Shown here piece after piece: positions 56,626 to 64,000 of a stretch of DNA of 64,000 bases. The translations under genes were made by a program, and so were the position numbers. Numbering within the stretch: position 1 is the stretch's first letter; every line of letters starts with the position of its first letter. The stretch covers positions 1 to 64,000 of IMG/VR virus record IMGVR_UViG_3300046821_000076, one strand, 5' to 3'. Origin of the DNA: a virus. Under the pieces are notes generated by a model. The model saw nothing but the letters and a program-made list of their open reading frames with translations, searched no databases and was not told the origin of the DNA.

Positions 56626-57336
56626 ATGGTATCGCATATTAAAGATATTACAGGTATTAAATTCGGATCGCTTACTGCTATTAAATTAGCTTATGTTAAG
56701 AACAGACGGACTTATTGGGAGTATAGCTGCGTATGCGGTAAAACTCACATTGCACGTGCTAGTACTGTAACTTATGAGGTAACTCGCAAAAACGATCCTG
56801 AATTACCATCATGCGGATGTATAGACGTAGCTAGAAAAACTAAACATGGTTTTCATAAAACTAATGATTTACACCCTGCCTATATAGCCTATAGAAATAT
56901 GATGGCTAGATGCTACAACCCTAATGACACTGGCTATAAACGGTATGGAGCAGTAGGGGTAACTGTAGCAGACTGTTGGAAAGGTAACCCTGAAGCTTTT
57001 GTTAAATGGTCTCTTGAAAATGGATGGGATAAAAACCTACACATTGATAAAGATATTAAATGTAAAGCCATGGGGATCTACCCTCATATATACAGTCCTG
57101 ATACCTGTACTTGGACTACTGCTAAACTTAATGTAGCAGAAGCCACGAATAGAACTAATTACGGCAAACGTCCTAACATCAAGCTAAGCCAAGAAGAAGT
57201 AGATGAGATTCTTCATCTCTACTCCAGTGGAGAGATTACTAACCAATCTGAGCTTGCTAGAATGTACGGAGTAACCCCAAGTTCTATATGTAGATTGATA
57301 CCACTAGAATTAAATAAACGTAACAAGCTGATTTAA
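56626..57336 (+). CDS. Free-standing HNH-type homing endonuclease with C-terminal HTH
   Basis: G.KFG.LT..CVCG; YRNMMARCYNP....YKRYG..GVTV; HIDKDI..YSPDTCTW; QSELARMYGVTPSSI. Confidence 0.85.
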   Translation: MVSHIKDITGIKFGSLTAIKLAYVKNRRTYWEYSCVCGKTHIARASTVTYEVTRKNDPELPSCGCIDVARKTKHGFHKTNDLHPAYIAYRNMMARCYNPNDTGYKRYGAVGVTVADCWKGNPEAFVKWSLENGWDKNLHIDKDIKCKAMGIYPHIYSPDTCTWTTAKLNVAEATNRTNYGKRPNIKLSQEEVDEILHLYSSGEITNQSELARMYGVTPSSICRLIPLELNKRNKLI

Positions 57337-57340
57337 GATA

Positions 57341-57592
57341 ATGATCGATATTCTTATCGTAGACACACCTATAGATAGATTAAATAAACTAGCTACTCTG
57401 TTTAAAGGTCATTGTTATTGGTTTAAGCATAATACAGGTAAACTACTAATAAGACAGTTCTCAGCCTTTAATAGCGATACATCCACATATTCCAGCTTAT
57501 CTGAAGATGATTTAGCAACACTAGAATTCTTACCTGACTTTGACACAAGATATACATACCTGTTATCGTTGTCTCTCGGTATCAATGCCTGA
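57341..57592 (+). CDS. Hypothetical protein
   Basis: Operonic ORF. Confidence 0.6.
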   Translation: MIDILIVDTPIDRLNKLATLFKGHCYWFKHNTGKLLIRQFSAFNSDTSTYSSLSEDDLATLEFLPDFDTRYTYLLSLSLGINA

Positions 57593-57785
57593 CTTAGTGG
57601 CTTAAGAGTTTATGACTCTTACCACCTATGCTATTTAATTCCTTGGATAGTATGTGGTGTAACTAGGTAGCCTAGGTTTAATTTCATTTACCTACTCCTT
57701 ACGCTTCCCTCCGTATGGCGAAAGAGGGAACCCATTCAGTTTATAGCCTATAACTCTACCCCAAGATGTTATAGGTTTTTTTTTT
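57593..57785 (+). ncRNA. Candidate structured RNA ending in a strong intrinsic terminator
   Basis: Four stem-loops, then CCTATAAC..GTTATAGG-T10 (57747-57785); no plus-strand ORF of 60 aa or more. Confidence 0.45.
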
Positions 57786-57805
57786 ATCTAAACCAAGGAA
57801 CAGTA

Positions 57806-58144
57806 ATGAAAACTATATACTTGCCTCCAACCTACATAATACCTAATGGTAGTGTGATTTCCTGGAGCTTTCCTGCTACAGATTTCGATAGTGATATTCA
57901 AAAACTTATCTCAAAGCTTGACCTTATACGCATAGAAGGTGGCAACCATAACTACGCATTTAATCTCTTACCTACCCACCATGCTCCATTAGTTTTCGCA
58001 TTTCACGAGACTAATTTGCTTATGCAGTTAGTGACGGGAGAATCAGATAGCTTTTACCTCAAAGCTGCTCTACGTGAATTTATGAATGCTTTTATAGTAT
58101 TCAATTCCAAAGGTGATCGAGTGTACCCAGAGGATATTATCTAA
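57806..58144 (+). CDS. Hypothetical protein
   Basis: CCAAGGAA RBS. Confidence 0.7.
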   Translation: MKTIYLPPTYIIPNGSVISWSFPATDFDSDIQKLISKLDLIRIEGGNHNYAFNLLPTHHAPLVFAFHETNLLMQLVTGESDSFYLKAALREFMNAFIVFNSKGDRVYPEDII

Positions 58145-58458
58145 TGCTTAAAGCGTATAAAACTGCGTGTAGACGAAGAAGCTTAAGAGTTGAATTAGTA
58201 TCTGATTTTTTAGATGCTAGAGCGCTTGAGGAACACCGTATCGAGTTAGACTGCGTAAGCTTATCACCGGAAATGTACATTTCACTATTCAGATCATCCA
58301 GATACCCTCTTGTTAATATAGACGAGTATTTCAATTATGCTGAGTTAATGGGCATTAATCTCGCTACAGATTCTAAAGCACGCGAAGAATCCTTCGCAAT
58401 ACTTTTAGAAATCTTAGAAACGAAATATGGCATTGAGTATGTTGAGGCTGAAAAGTAG
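58144..58458 (+). CDS. Hypothetical protein
   Basis: TAATG overlap; GAGG RBS. Confidence 0.7.
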   Translation: MLKAYKTACRRRSLRVELVSDFLDARALEEHRIELDCVSLSPEMYISLFRSSRYPLVNIDEYFNYAELMGINLATDSKAREESFAILLEILETKYGIEYVEAEK

Positions 58459-58482
58459 AGCACCCTTTGGGTGCTTTTGTGG
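58459..58482 (+). promoter_or_regulatory. C-TTT-G triloop hairpin
   Basis: AGCACCC-TTT-GGGTGCT-TTTGTGG. Confidence 0.5.
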
Positions 58483-58529
58483 GAACTATCTAGTTCTTTC
58501 AATTAACCTCACTACTTAGGAGATAGGCA

Positions 58530-58826
58530 ATGCTTATTTCAGATTCAGACACACAATCTTTAATTGCTGATGCTGTTAATGCAAAGCAACAAGGCGTGAA
58601 GCTCACTCAAGAAGATTTAGCATTGGCTTATGGTATTAGTACTACAAGTGTAAGACGTGTTCTTGCAGAGGCTAAACTGGTTGAGTTCAAATCTCATAAA
58701 TGCCAATGGGAAGATGACCTAATCCAATGTCTTAAATCCCATGGGTTAGACAGCCTGCAAACACTAAGTAGCTTTATCGCTAAGGCTAAACAAAATGAAC
58801 ACGCAATCCAATCAGCACAAGCTTAA
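58530..58826 (+). CDS. HTH DNA-binding protein
   Basis: LTQEDLALAYGISTTSVRRVL; AGGAG RBS. Confidence 0.75.
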   Translation: MLISDSDTQSLIADAVNAKQQGVKLTQEDLALAYGISTTSVRRVLAEAKLVEFKSHKCQWEDDLIQCLKSHGLDSLQTLSSFIAKAKQNEHAIQSAQA

Positions 58827-58971
58827 ACACAATCCGATGTATTCAACAGCTAATAGCTTAGATGAAGCATTAGCTGAAATTAAAACTCGATTACCTATCG
58901 AAAACAGTATTCAACTTAAAGCAGCTCTTATGCTGTACCACAACACGTTAATCAAGGAATTAAACAAATGA
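58795..58971 (+). CDS. 58-aa hypothetical protein (not in the ORF track)
   Basis: MNTQSNQHKLKHNPMYST...LMLYHNTLIKELNK; ATGA-coupled to the ATPase gene. Confidence 0.6.
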   Translation: MNTQSNQHKLKHNPMYSTANSLDEALAEIKTRLPIENSIQLKAALMLYHNTLIKELNK

Positions 58972-60023
58972 CTATTTCAAGCAACCGTGTAAACGTAACT
59001 CTTGCTGACGCTAAACCAATGGTTAAAGCGTTAATCGCATCAGGTATTCCTACTAACCTCTTATCTAGCCCTGGGCTTGGAAAGAGTGACTTGATCAAAG
59101 CAATCGCAAAAGAATTAAATCTAAAGTTGATTGATATTCGTCTATCTACTTGCGATCCTTGCGATCTATCAGGACTACCTAACATTCAGAATGGACGTTC
59201 TGTATGGAGTCCTAACCAAGCATTCCCATTACAAAACATGGATGAAGTACCTGAAGGTTACGAAGGCTGGTTACTTTTTCTTGATGAGATCACCAATGCT
59301 CCTATGGCAGTACAGGCAGCGTCATATCGTCTAATCCTAGATCGTGAAGTAGGACAGTACAAATTACATGACAAAGTATTCATCGCTTCAGCAGGTAATT
59401 TAATTACTGACGCTGCAGCAGTTACAGGTGAAATGTCTACAGCATTGAAATCTCGTATGGCTCACATCAACATTCAAGTATCAGCGGATGCTTGGTTAGA
59501 GTGGGCAGATAAACCAGAGAATAGTGTGCATTACGCAATTACTTCTTATATCCGTTTTAAACGTGAAACTGGTTTATATACATTCAATCCAGATGTAGAT
59601 GCAGATACTTATGCATGTCCTCGTTCATGGGGTATGGCAGCTAAGATCATTGATAACGTAGGTATTGATAACAACAGTATCCAAATGTTATTGGGTTCAG
59701 TGTTATCTATGGGTGTAGCTTTAGAATTCATGACATTCGTGAAGTACTACTCAAACTTACCTACATTAAAAGAAATCTTACGTGATCCGCATAATGCACG
59801 TATGCCTACAGAGCGTGGACCACTATTCGCACTATCAGGCTTAGTATCTACGTCTATGGATAAAGACAACGCAGGTACGTTATTGGAATACGTAAAACGT
59901 ATGCCTTCAGAAATGCAAGCAGCTACTGCTATTCCTGCATTCAAACGTACACCTGCAATCCTAACAGTAACTGCAGTACGTGAATGGTTACAGCCATACA
60001 TCGCTAAGTTACGTCAAGACTAA
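58968..60023 (+). CDS. MoxR-like AAA+ ATPase (N4 gp24-like)
   Basis: SSPGLGKS; IDIRLS; LFLDEI; SAGN; PRSW. Confidence 0.9.
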   Translation: MTISSNRVNVTLADAKPMVKALIASGIPTNLLSSPGLGKSDLIKAIAKELNLKLIDIRLSTCDPCDLSGLPNIQNGRSVWSPNQAFPLQNMDEVPEGYEGWLLFLDEITNAPMAVQAASYRLILDREVGQYKLHDKVFIASAGNLITDAAAVTGEMSTALKSRMAHINIQVSADAWLEWADKPENSVHYAITSYIRFKRETGLYTFNPDVDADTYACPRSWGMAAKIIDNVGIDNNSIQMLLGSVLSMGVALEFMTFVKYYSNLPTLKEILRDPHNARMPTERGPLFALSGLVSTSMDKDNAGTLLEYVKRMPSEMQAATAIPAFKRTPAILTVTAVREWLQPYIAKLRQD

Positions 60024-60036
60024 TTAAACATATAAA

Positions 60037-60062
60037 TACCTCCCTATTTAGGGAGGTTATTT
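60037..60062 (+). terminator. Hairpin/terminator
   Basis: ACCTCCCT-ATTT-AGGGAGGT. Confidence 0.6.
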
Positions 60063-60091
60063 ATCTAAGCACCTCATATACAGAGATTCTT

Positions 60092-61303
60092 ATGAAACGT
60101 ATTATTCCAACACAAGAACAGCAAGAAGTTCTATCAAGAACATTGACTCATATCCTTATTCGTCCTGATAACGCTTTCTACGCATCTCTAGCATTAGGTG
60201 CTGAAACTTATTGGTCAAACGATATTCCTACAGCAGCTACCAACGGTAAAGACCTTGTCTTTAATCCTCAGTGGTTTACCTCTTTAAACAAAGAAGAACG
60301 TATTGGGTTAATTCTACATGAGTTAATGCACATGGTTTATCACCATACTATTCGTATCGGTAATCGCGATCCTGAGCTATGGAACGTAGCAGGGGATCAT
60401 GTAATTAATACCGAGCTTAAGAAGAGTGGTTACACACTTCCTAAAGGAGGTTGTTGTGATATGCGTTTTCAGGGTATGGAAACAGAAGAGGTATACAACA
60501 TCCTCTGGGACGAAGAACAACAACAACCAGGAAAACACAAAAACAACATGCCTGACTTATTACTCCCAGGAGAAGATGATTCAGATTCTCAAGGTCAATC
60601 TGCAGGAGAAAAAAGCCAAGGAGGGGATAGTGAAGGTAATATCCCAACTCCTTCTAAAGAAGAGATTGAACAGCACATCAAAGAACAATTAGTTCAAGCT
60701 GTACAATCTGCTCAACTGAAAGGACAAGCAGGAAATATCCCTGGGAACATCGTACGAGATTTACAAAAGCTATTACAGCCTAAGTTACCTTGGAAACAGA
60801 TTCTACGTAAGTTTCTATTCTCTATGAATAAGACAGATTATTCATGGACTAAACCAAACAGACGATATATCCATCAAGGGATTATCTTACCTAGTCTTCA
60901 TGGAGAATCATTAGGGCAAATTGATTTTGCTATTGATACTTCAGGCTCTGTAAGCATAGCTGACTTCAACCGTTTCATCAGTGAGATTGCTTATGTATTT
61001 AAGCAGTTTAAACCAGACGGTATAGGTGTATATCAATTCGATCACATCCTACAGTCTACAGACAAGGTAGCTACTCTTAATGACTTCATGAAATTAGAAT
61101 TCAAAGGAGGAGGGGGTACTAATATCGAACCTGTACTTGAGTACTATAAAGCTCAAAGTAAAGGTAAAGCGTTAATTGTACTTACTGATGGATACTTCCA
61201 CCACACTGCTGAAATGAATCCAAACAAACCTGTTATCTGGCTTATCTACGATAACCCTAACTGGCAACCTCCATTTGGTAAAGCAGTCTACTTTGACAAC
61301 TAA
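60092..61303 (+). CDS. Metallopeptidase (HExxH) + vWA protein (N4 gp25-like)
   Basis: TAATNG; LHELMH; IDTSGS MIDAS; GGGGT; LTDGY. Confidence 0.9.
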   Translation: MKRIIPTQEQQEVLSRTLTHILIRPDNAFYASLALGAETYWSNDIPTAATNGKDLVFNPQWFTSLNKEERIGLILHELMHMVYHHTIRIGNRDPELWNVAGDHVINTELKKSGYTLPKGGCCDMRFQGMETEEVYNILWDEEQQQPGKHKNNMPDLLLPGEDDSDSQGQSAGEKSQGGDSEGNIPTPSKEEIEQHIKEQLVQAVQSAQLKGQAGNIPGNIVRDLQKLLQPKLPWKQILRKFLFSMNKTDYSWTKPNRRYIHQGIILPSLHGESLGQIDFAIDTSGSVSIADFNRFISEIAYVFKQFKPDGIGVYQFDHILQSTDKVATLNDFMKLEFKGGGGTNIEPVLEYYKAQSKGKALIVLTDGYFHHTAEMNPNKPVIWLIYDNPNWQPPFGKAVYFDN

Positions 61304-61312
61304 GGTACAACC

Positions 61313-61480
61313 ATGAATTGCAGTTATTGTAATAAACCTATCATCCTTGTACCTTCTGCCAAAGAACGAGCAGCCAAGGATACTTCAGGTAAAACCGCAA
61401 AGGATTATGAACGCCTGTTTACTCAACATGCTGAATGTATCTTGAAGAGACGTCACACCACCATAAACACTCAAGCCTAG
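61313..61480 (+). CDS. 55-aa Zn-finger-like protein (not in the ORF track)
   Basis: MNCSYCNKPIILVPSAKERA...HAEC; TAAGG RBS. Confidence 0.65.
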   Translation: MNCSYCNKPIILVPSAKERAAKDTSGKTAKDYERLFTQHAECILKRRHTTINTQA

Positions 61481-61520
61481 ATTACTAGGCTTACCTTCAA
61501 ATACACATCAAGGAACTACC

Positions 61521-62081
61521 ATGACACGTTTAACTAAAACCATCAAAACAGACATTAAAGGTCTTATCCGAGATAAGGCAATTAACCCTAGAGAGTTAGC
61601 CTTAGAAGCAAAGAAACAAGATTTCTTACTTAAAGCTTTTTGGGGACAAATCTCTAAATATGAATACCAAGCATGGAAAATGCTACCTGAAGCCTTATAC
61701 AAAGCTGTAACGAATACTACATACAGATTACATGTAAAAGATCGTGCTTTAGGGAGCATAGAGGCTCCCTTTAATGAATATATCGCATACCCTCGTAATA
61801 TGACTATGTGGATGACGTACGAAGTACTACCTCCGCACTTACAGCAAGAGTTTAAAGAACTCATTAAAGAAATTGATGTTCACGATGCTTATGTTGCAGA
61901 AGTAATGTCTAACTTAGACGTAACACTTAACTCGTGTACTACTGTTAAAAAGTTACGTGAGCTTTGGGTTAACGGTGCTGAGATCATTGATAAAGCATTA
62001 GGGCAATCCCAACAGTCACCTACAGTATATATGCCTATGGTAGCTATACAAACACTAGATGCATTAGTGCCTTTACCTTAA
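61521..62081 (+). CDS. Nmad5-like (nucleotide-modification-associated domain 5) protein
   Basis: MTRLTKTIK..I...A and LNSCTTVKKLRELW patterns. Confidence 0.6.
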   Translation: MTRLTKTIKTDIKGLIRDKAINPRELALEAKKQDFLLKAFWGQISKYEYQAWKMLPEALYKAVTNTTYRLHVKDRALGSIEAPFNEYIAYPRNMTMWMTYEVLPPHLQQEFKELIKEIDVHDAYVAEVMSNLDVTLNSCTTVKKLRELWVNGAEIIDKALGQSQQSPTVYMPMVAIQTLDALVPLP

Positions 62082-62091
62082 GGAGATTACC

Positions 62092-62439
62092 ATGGGTTAT
62101 CGTTCAGAACTGCACGCAGTAGTTGGACTCGTTGACTTACTTGAGTTTGAACGTCTGATCAAAGAAGCAGACCTAGCAGATTGTTTTGAAGAACACGACA
62201 AATCAGACTTAGCTGTAGAATTTCGAGCTTCACATTTAAAATGGTATGACGGATACGCTGATGTAGATAAGATCAATGAATTCTTTAATAACAGTAAATT
62301 CTCGATTTTATTACGTATAGGTGAAGAGTTTCCAGACAAAGAATACTACACAGGCAATTCTGATCTAGAACAGCTATTCAATCTATGTATAGATGTTGGT
62401 ACTGATATTAGCTGGTATGAAAACTGTCTTGAAGAATGA
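62092..62439 (+). CDS. Conserved phage hypothetical protein
   Basis: MGYRSE..., LKWYDGY.DV, LRIGEE..D.E; AAGGAG RBS. Confidence 0.75.
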   Translation: MGYRSELHAVVGLVDLLEFERLIKEADLADCFEEHDKSDLAVEFRASHLKWYDGYADVDKINEFFNNSKFSILLRIGEEFPDKEYYTGNSDLEQLFNLCIDVGTDISWYENCLEE

Positions 62440-62463
62440 GGGAACTTTGTTCCCTTTTTTGAT
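62439..62463 (+). promoter_or_regulatory. C-TTT-G triloop hairpin (promoter or terminator)
   Basis: AGGGAAC-TTT-GTTCCCT-TTTTTGAT. Confidence 0.5.
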
Positions 62464-62487
62464 GCCTTAACTTTTCAAGGAATAACC

Positions 62488-63651
62488 ATGCAACTAAACC
62501 AAGGACAACAGAAAGCTTTAGATACTCTATTAGCTGCTGTTATTGATCCAACGCAGAAGCTTATTACATTAAGTGGTCCTGCAGGTTCAGGTAAGACTAC
62601 TATCCTCAAACAGCTCGTTAAAGAGCTTAAAGACTTAGCAGTGTTAATGCCTGAGTACGTAACCACATGGCACTTTACTGCTACAACTAATAAAGCAGTA
62701 GCTGCATTATCTGATGCTATTGGGCCTATAGCAGAAGTTACTACTATCCATAGCTTGCTTGGTTTAATACCTCAACAAGGTAAGCTAAAAAAACGAAAAC
62801 CTGGAACAGTTCAACGTAAAAGTATTGTCGTTATTGACGAAGCTTCATATATCGGAGAAGAGCTTGCTGAATTCATTGTTCCAATTGTAGATCAAGTATC
62901 CTTAATTATCTTTGTAGGGGACAGATACCAACTCCCTCCAGTTAAGGATAAAATCTCAGATATCTTCGATCCTAAGATTATTCCTCAGATTGAGCTTACC
63001 CAAGTAATGCGACAAGCAGATGGCAATCCTATCCAAGAACTGTCATTAGCTTTACGTGATGTAGTCAAACACCACGGAGAACCTAATATCACATTAGATG
63101 ATGTTAATATCTCATGGCTTAACAGTGATGACTTTATCAAAGCATTCTGTAGTGACTGTATCATCTCAGCTTCAGGTACTGTACGTGCATTAGCATGGAC
63201 AAACCAAACAGCTCAACACTATAACGAACAGGCAGCTCTTGCATGTAACGGCAGAACTGAGTTTCATGCAGGAGATATTGTAGTAAACAATCATTACTTC
63301 AAGAGTAGTCAACAGTCTATTCCTACAGATGCGACAGTACATATTTATAGTACTTCGCCTTGGTATACCGAACATGGTAAAACCATGAGAAGTATAGCTA
63401 CTTCATATGGTGAGCTTACTGAGCTTCATAAAGACTCTACAGCTACTCCAGAACAAAGACTGTATTACTATCCTGATCTCCGCTATACATATGCATCTAC
63501 CATTAATAAAGCTCAAGGCAGTACTTACGATACTGTCTATATTGATCTTAATGATTTAGCTAAATGCTCTGATCGTGATCTACAGCTACGTTTATTATAT
63601 GTAGCTGTTTCAAGAGCACGCCATAAAGTAGTATTCACAGGTGACCTATGA
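62488..63651 (+). CDS. Dda/RecD-like SF1B DNA helicase (N4 gp37-like)
   Basis: GPAGSGKT; TATTNKA; VIDEAS; GDRYQLPPV; KAQGSTYD; YVAVSRAR. Confidence 0.92.
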   Translation: MQLNQGQQKALDTLLAAVIDPTQKLITLSGPAGSGKTTILKQLVKELKDLAVLMPEYVTTWHFTATTNKAVAALSDAIGPIAEVTTIHSLLGLIPQQGKLKKRKPGTVQRKSIVVIDEASYIGEELAEFIVPIVDQVSLIIFVGDRYQLPPVKDKISDIFDPKIIPQIELTQVMRQADGNPIQELSLALRDVVKHHGEPNITLDDVNISWLNSDDFIKAFCSDCIISASGTVRALAWTNQTAQHYNEQAALACNGRTEFHAGDIVVNNHYFKSSQQSIPTDATVHIYSTSPWYTEHGKTMRSIATSYGELTELHKDSTATPEQRLYYYPDLRYTYASTINKAQGSTYDTVYIDLNDLAKCSDRDLQLRLLYVAVSRARHKVVFTGDL

Positions 63652-64000
63652 CAACACGATATTCAGCTAAAGATAAACGTGATTTATCTATAGCACTTTT
63701 AAAAGCAATACAAGAACCTGCTGAAGGTATTCTAAAAAAAGTAGCTTTAGAGTTTTGTAATAGACAAGCTGCATTAGACCCTAATGGAATTATGCAATTT
63801 AGATATGCAGACACGTTATATAGATATCCAGATGACCCTCCACAGCGTTTAGCTAAAACATTGCATACATCTCTTCAAGAAGAGTTTTTCCCTCACTTCC
63901 AATACTACGTATTAGATATGAATAAGCTAGTCGCTAGTGTTCGGTATTTACTCTCTGACACTACAAGACTGGCTACTTGTCATGAAGACTTGTATGCTCT
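63648..64000 (+). CDS. Partial hypothetical protein (N4 gp38 position), truncated by the window edge
   Basis: ATGA overlap with the helicase stop; open to the end (MTTRYSAKDKRDL...). Confidence 0.65.
   Translation, partial: MTTRYSAKDKRDLSIALLKAIQEPAEGILKKVALEFCNRQAALDPNGIMQFRYADTLYRYPDDPPQRLAKTLHTSLQEEFFPHFQYYVLDMNKLVASVRYLLSDTTRLATCHEDLYA

Noticed and set aside
56546-57340. Second intron around the 56626 HNH (and around the 14392 HNH)
   Set aside because: No P/Q/R/S elements seen and flanking genes look complete.
57593-57785. tRNA or hammerhead/twister ribozyme
   Set aside because: No cloverleaf/TTCGA arm or conserved ribozyme core recognised by eye; no tRNA seen anywhere in the window.
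58968-61303. AAA+/vWA-metallopeptidase pair as a new system
   Set aside because: It is a conserved N4-like pair (gp24/gp25).
61521-62081. DNA-modification system implied by the Nmad5-like gene
   Set aside because: No methyltransferase or base-modification enzymes recognised in this window.

Overview
About 64 kb of a lytic N4-like podovirus (Schitoviridae) genome. The host is probably Acinetobacter/Moraxellaceae, inferred from accessory and tail genes. Left to right: a minus-strand tail/receptor-binding module (1-5150); a plus-strand replication block with thyX, nrdA, nrdB, a PD-(D/E)xK nuclease, primase-helicase, AAA ATPase, SSB and RuvC-like resolvase (5237-17480); the minus-strand late block with a 4486-aa virion RNA polymerase, ejection/structural proteins, major capsid, portal and terminase (17522-45960); a duplicated two-gene cassette (46037-46999); a probable genome-end region (about 47050-47320); then early/middle genes including a Drc/gp2-like activator, two-subunit RNAP II, AAA+/vWA pair and Dda-like helicase. 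Main highlights: (1) a complete group IA2 intron with an HNH homing endonuclease inside the Walker A motif of the primase-helicase; (2) an enlarged, multi-domain vRNAP with three HExxH motifs, one in an in-frame 289-codon module bounded by 24-bp direct repeats; (3) a structured, terminator-ended intergenic RNA complementary to the phage's own RBS motif; (4) two families of candidate hairpin promoters. All calls are from visual motif recognition; no database searches were run.
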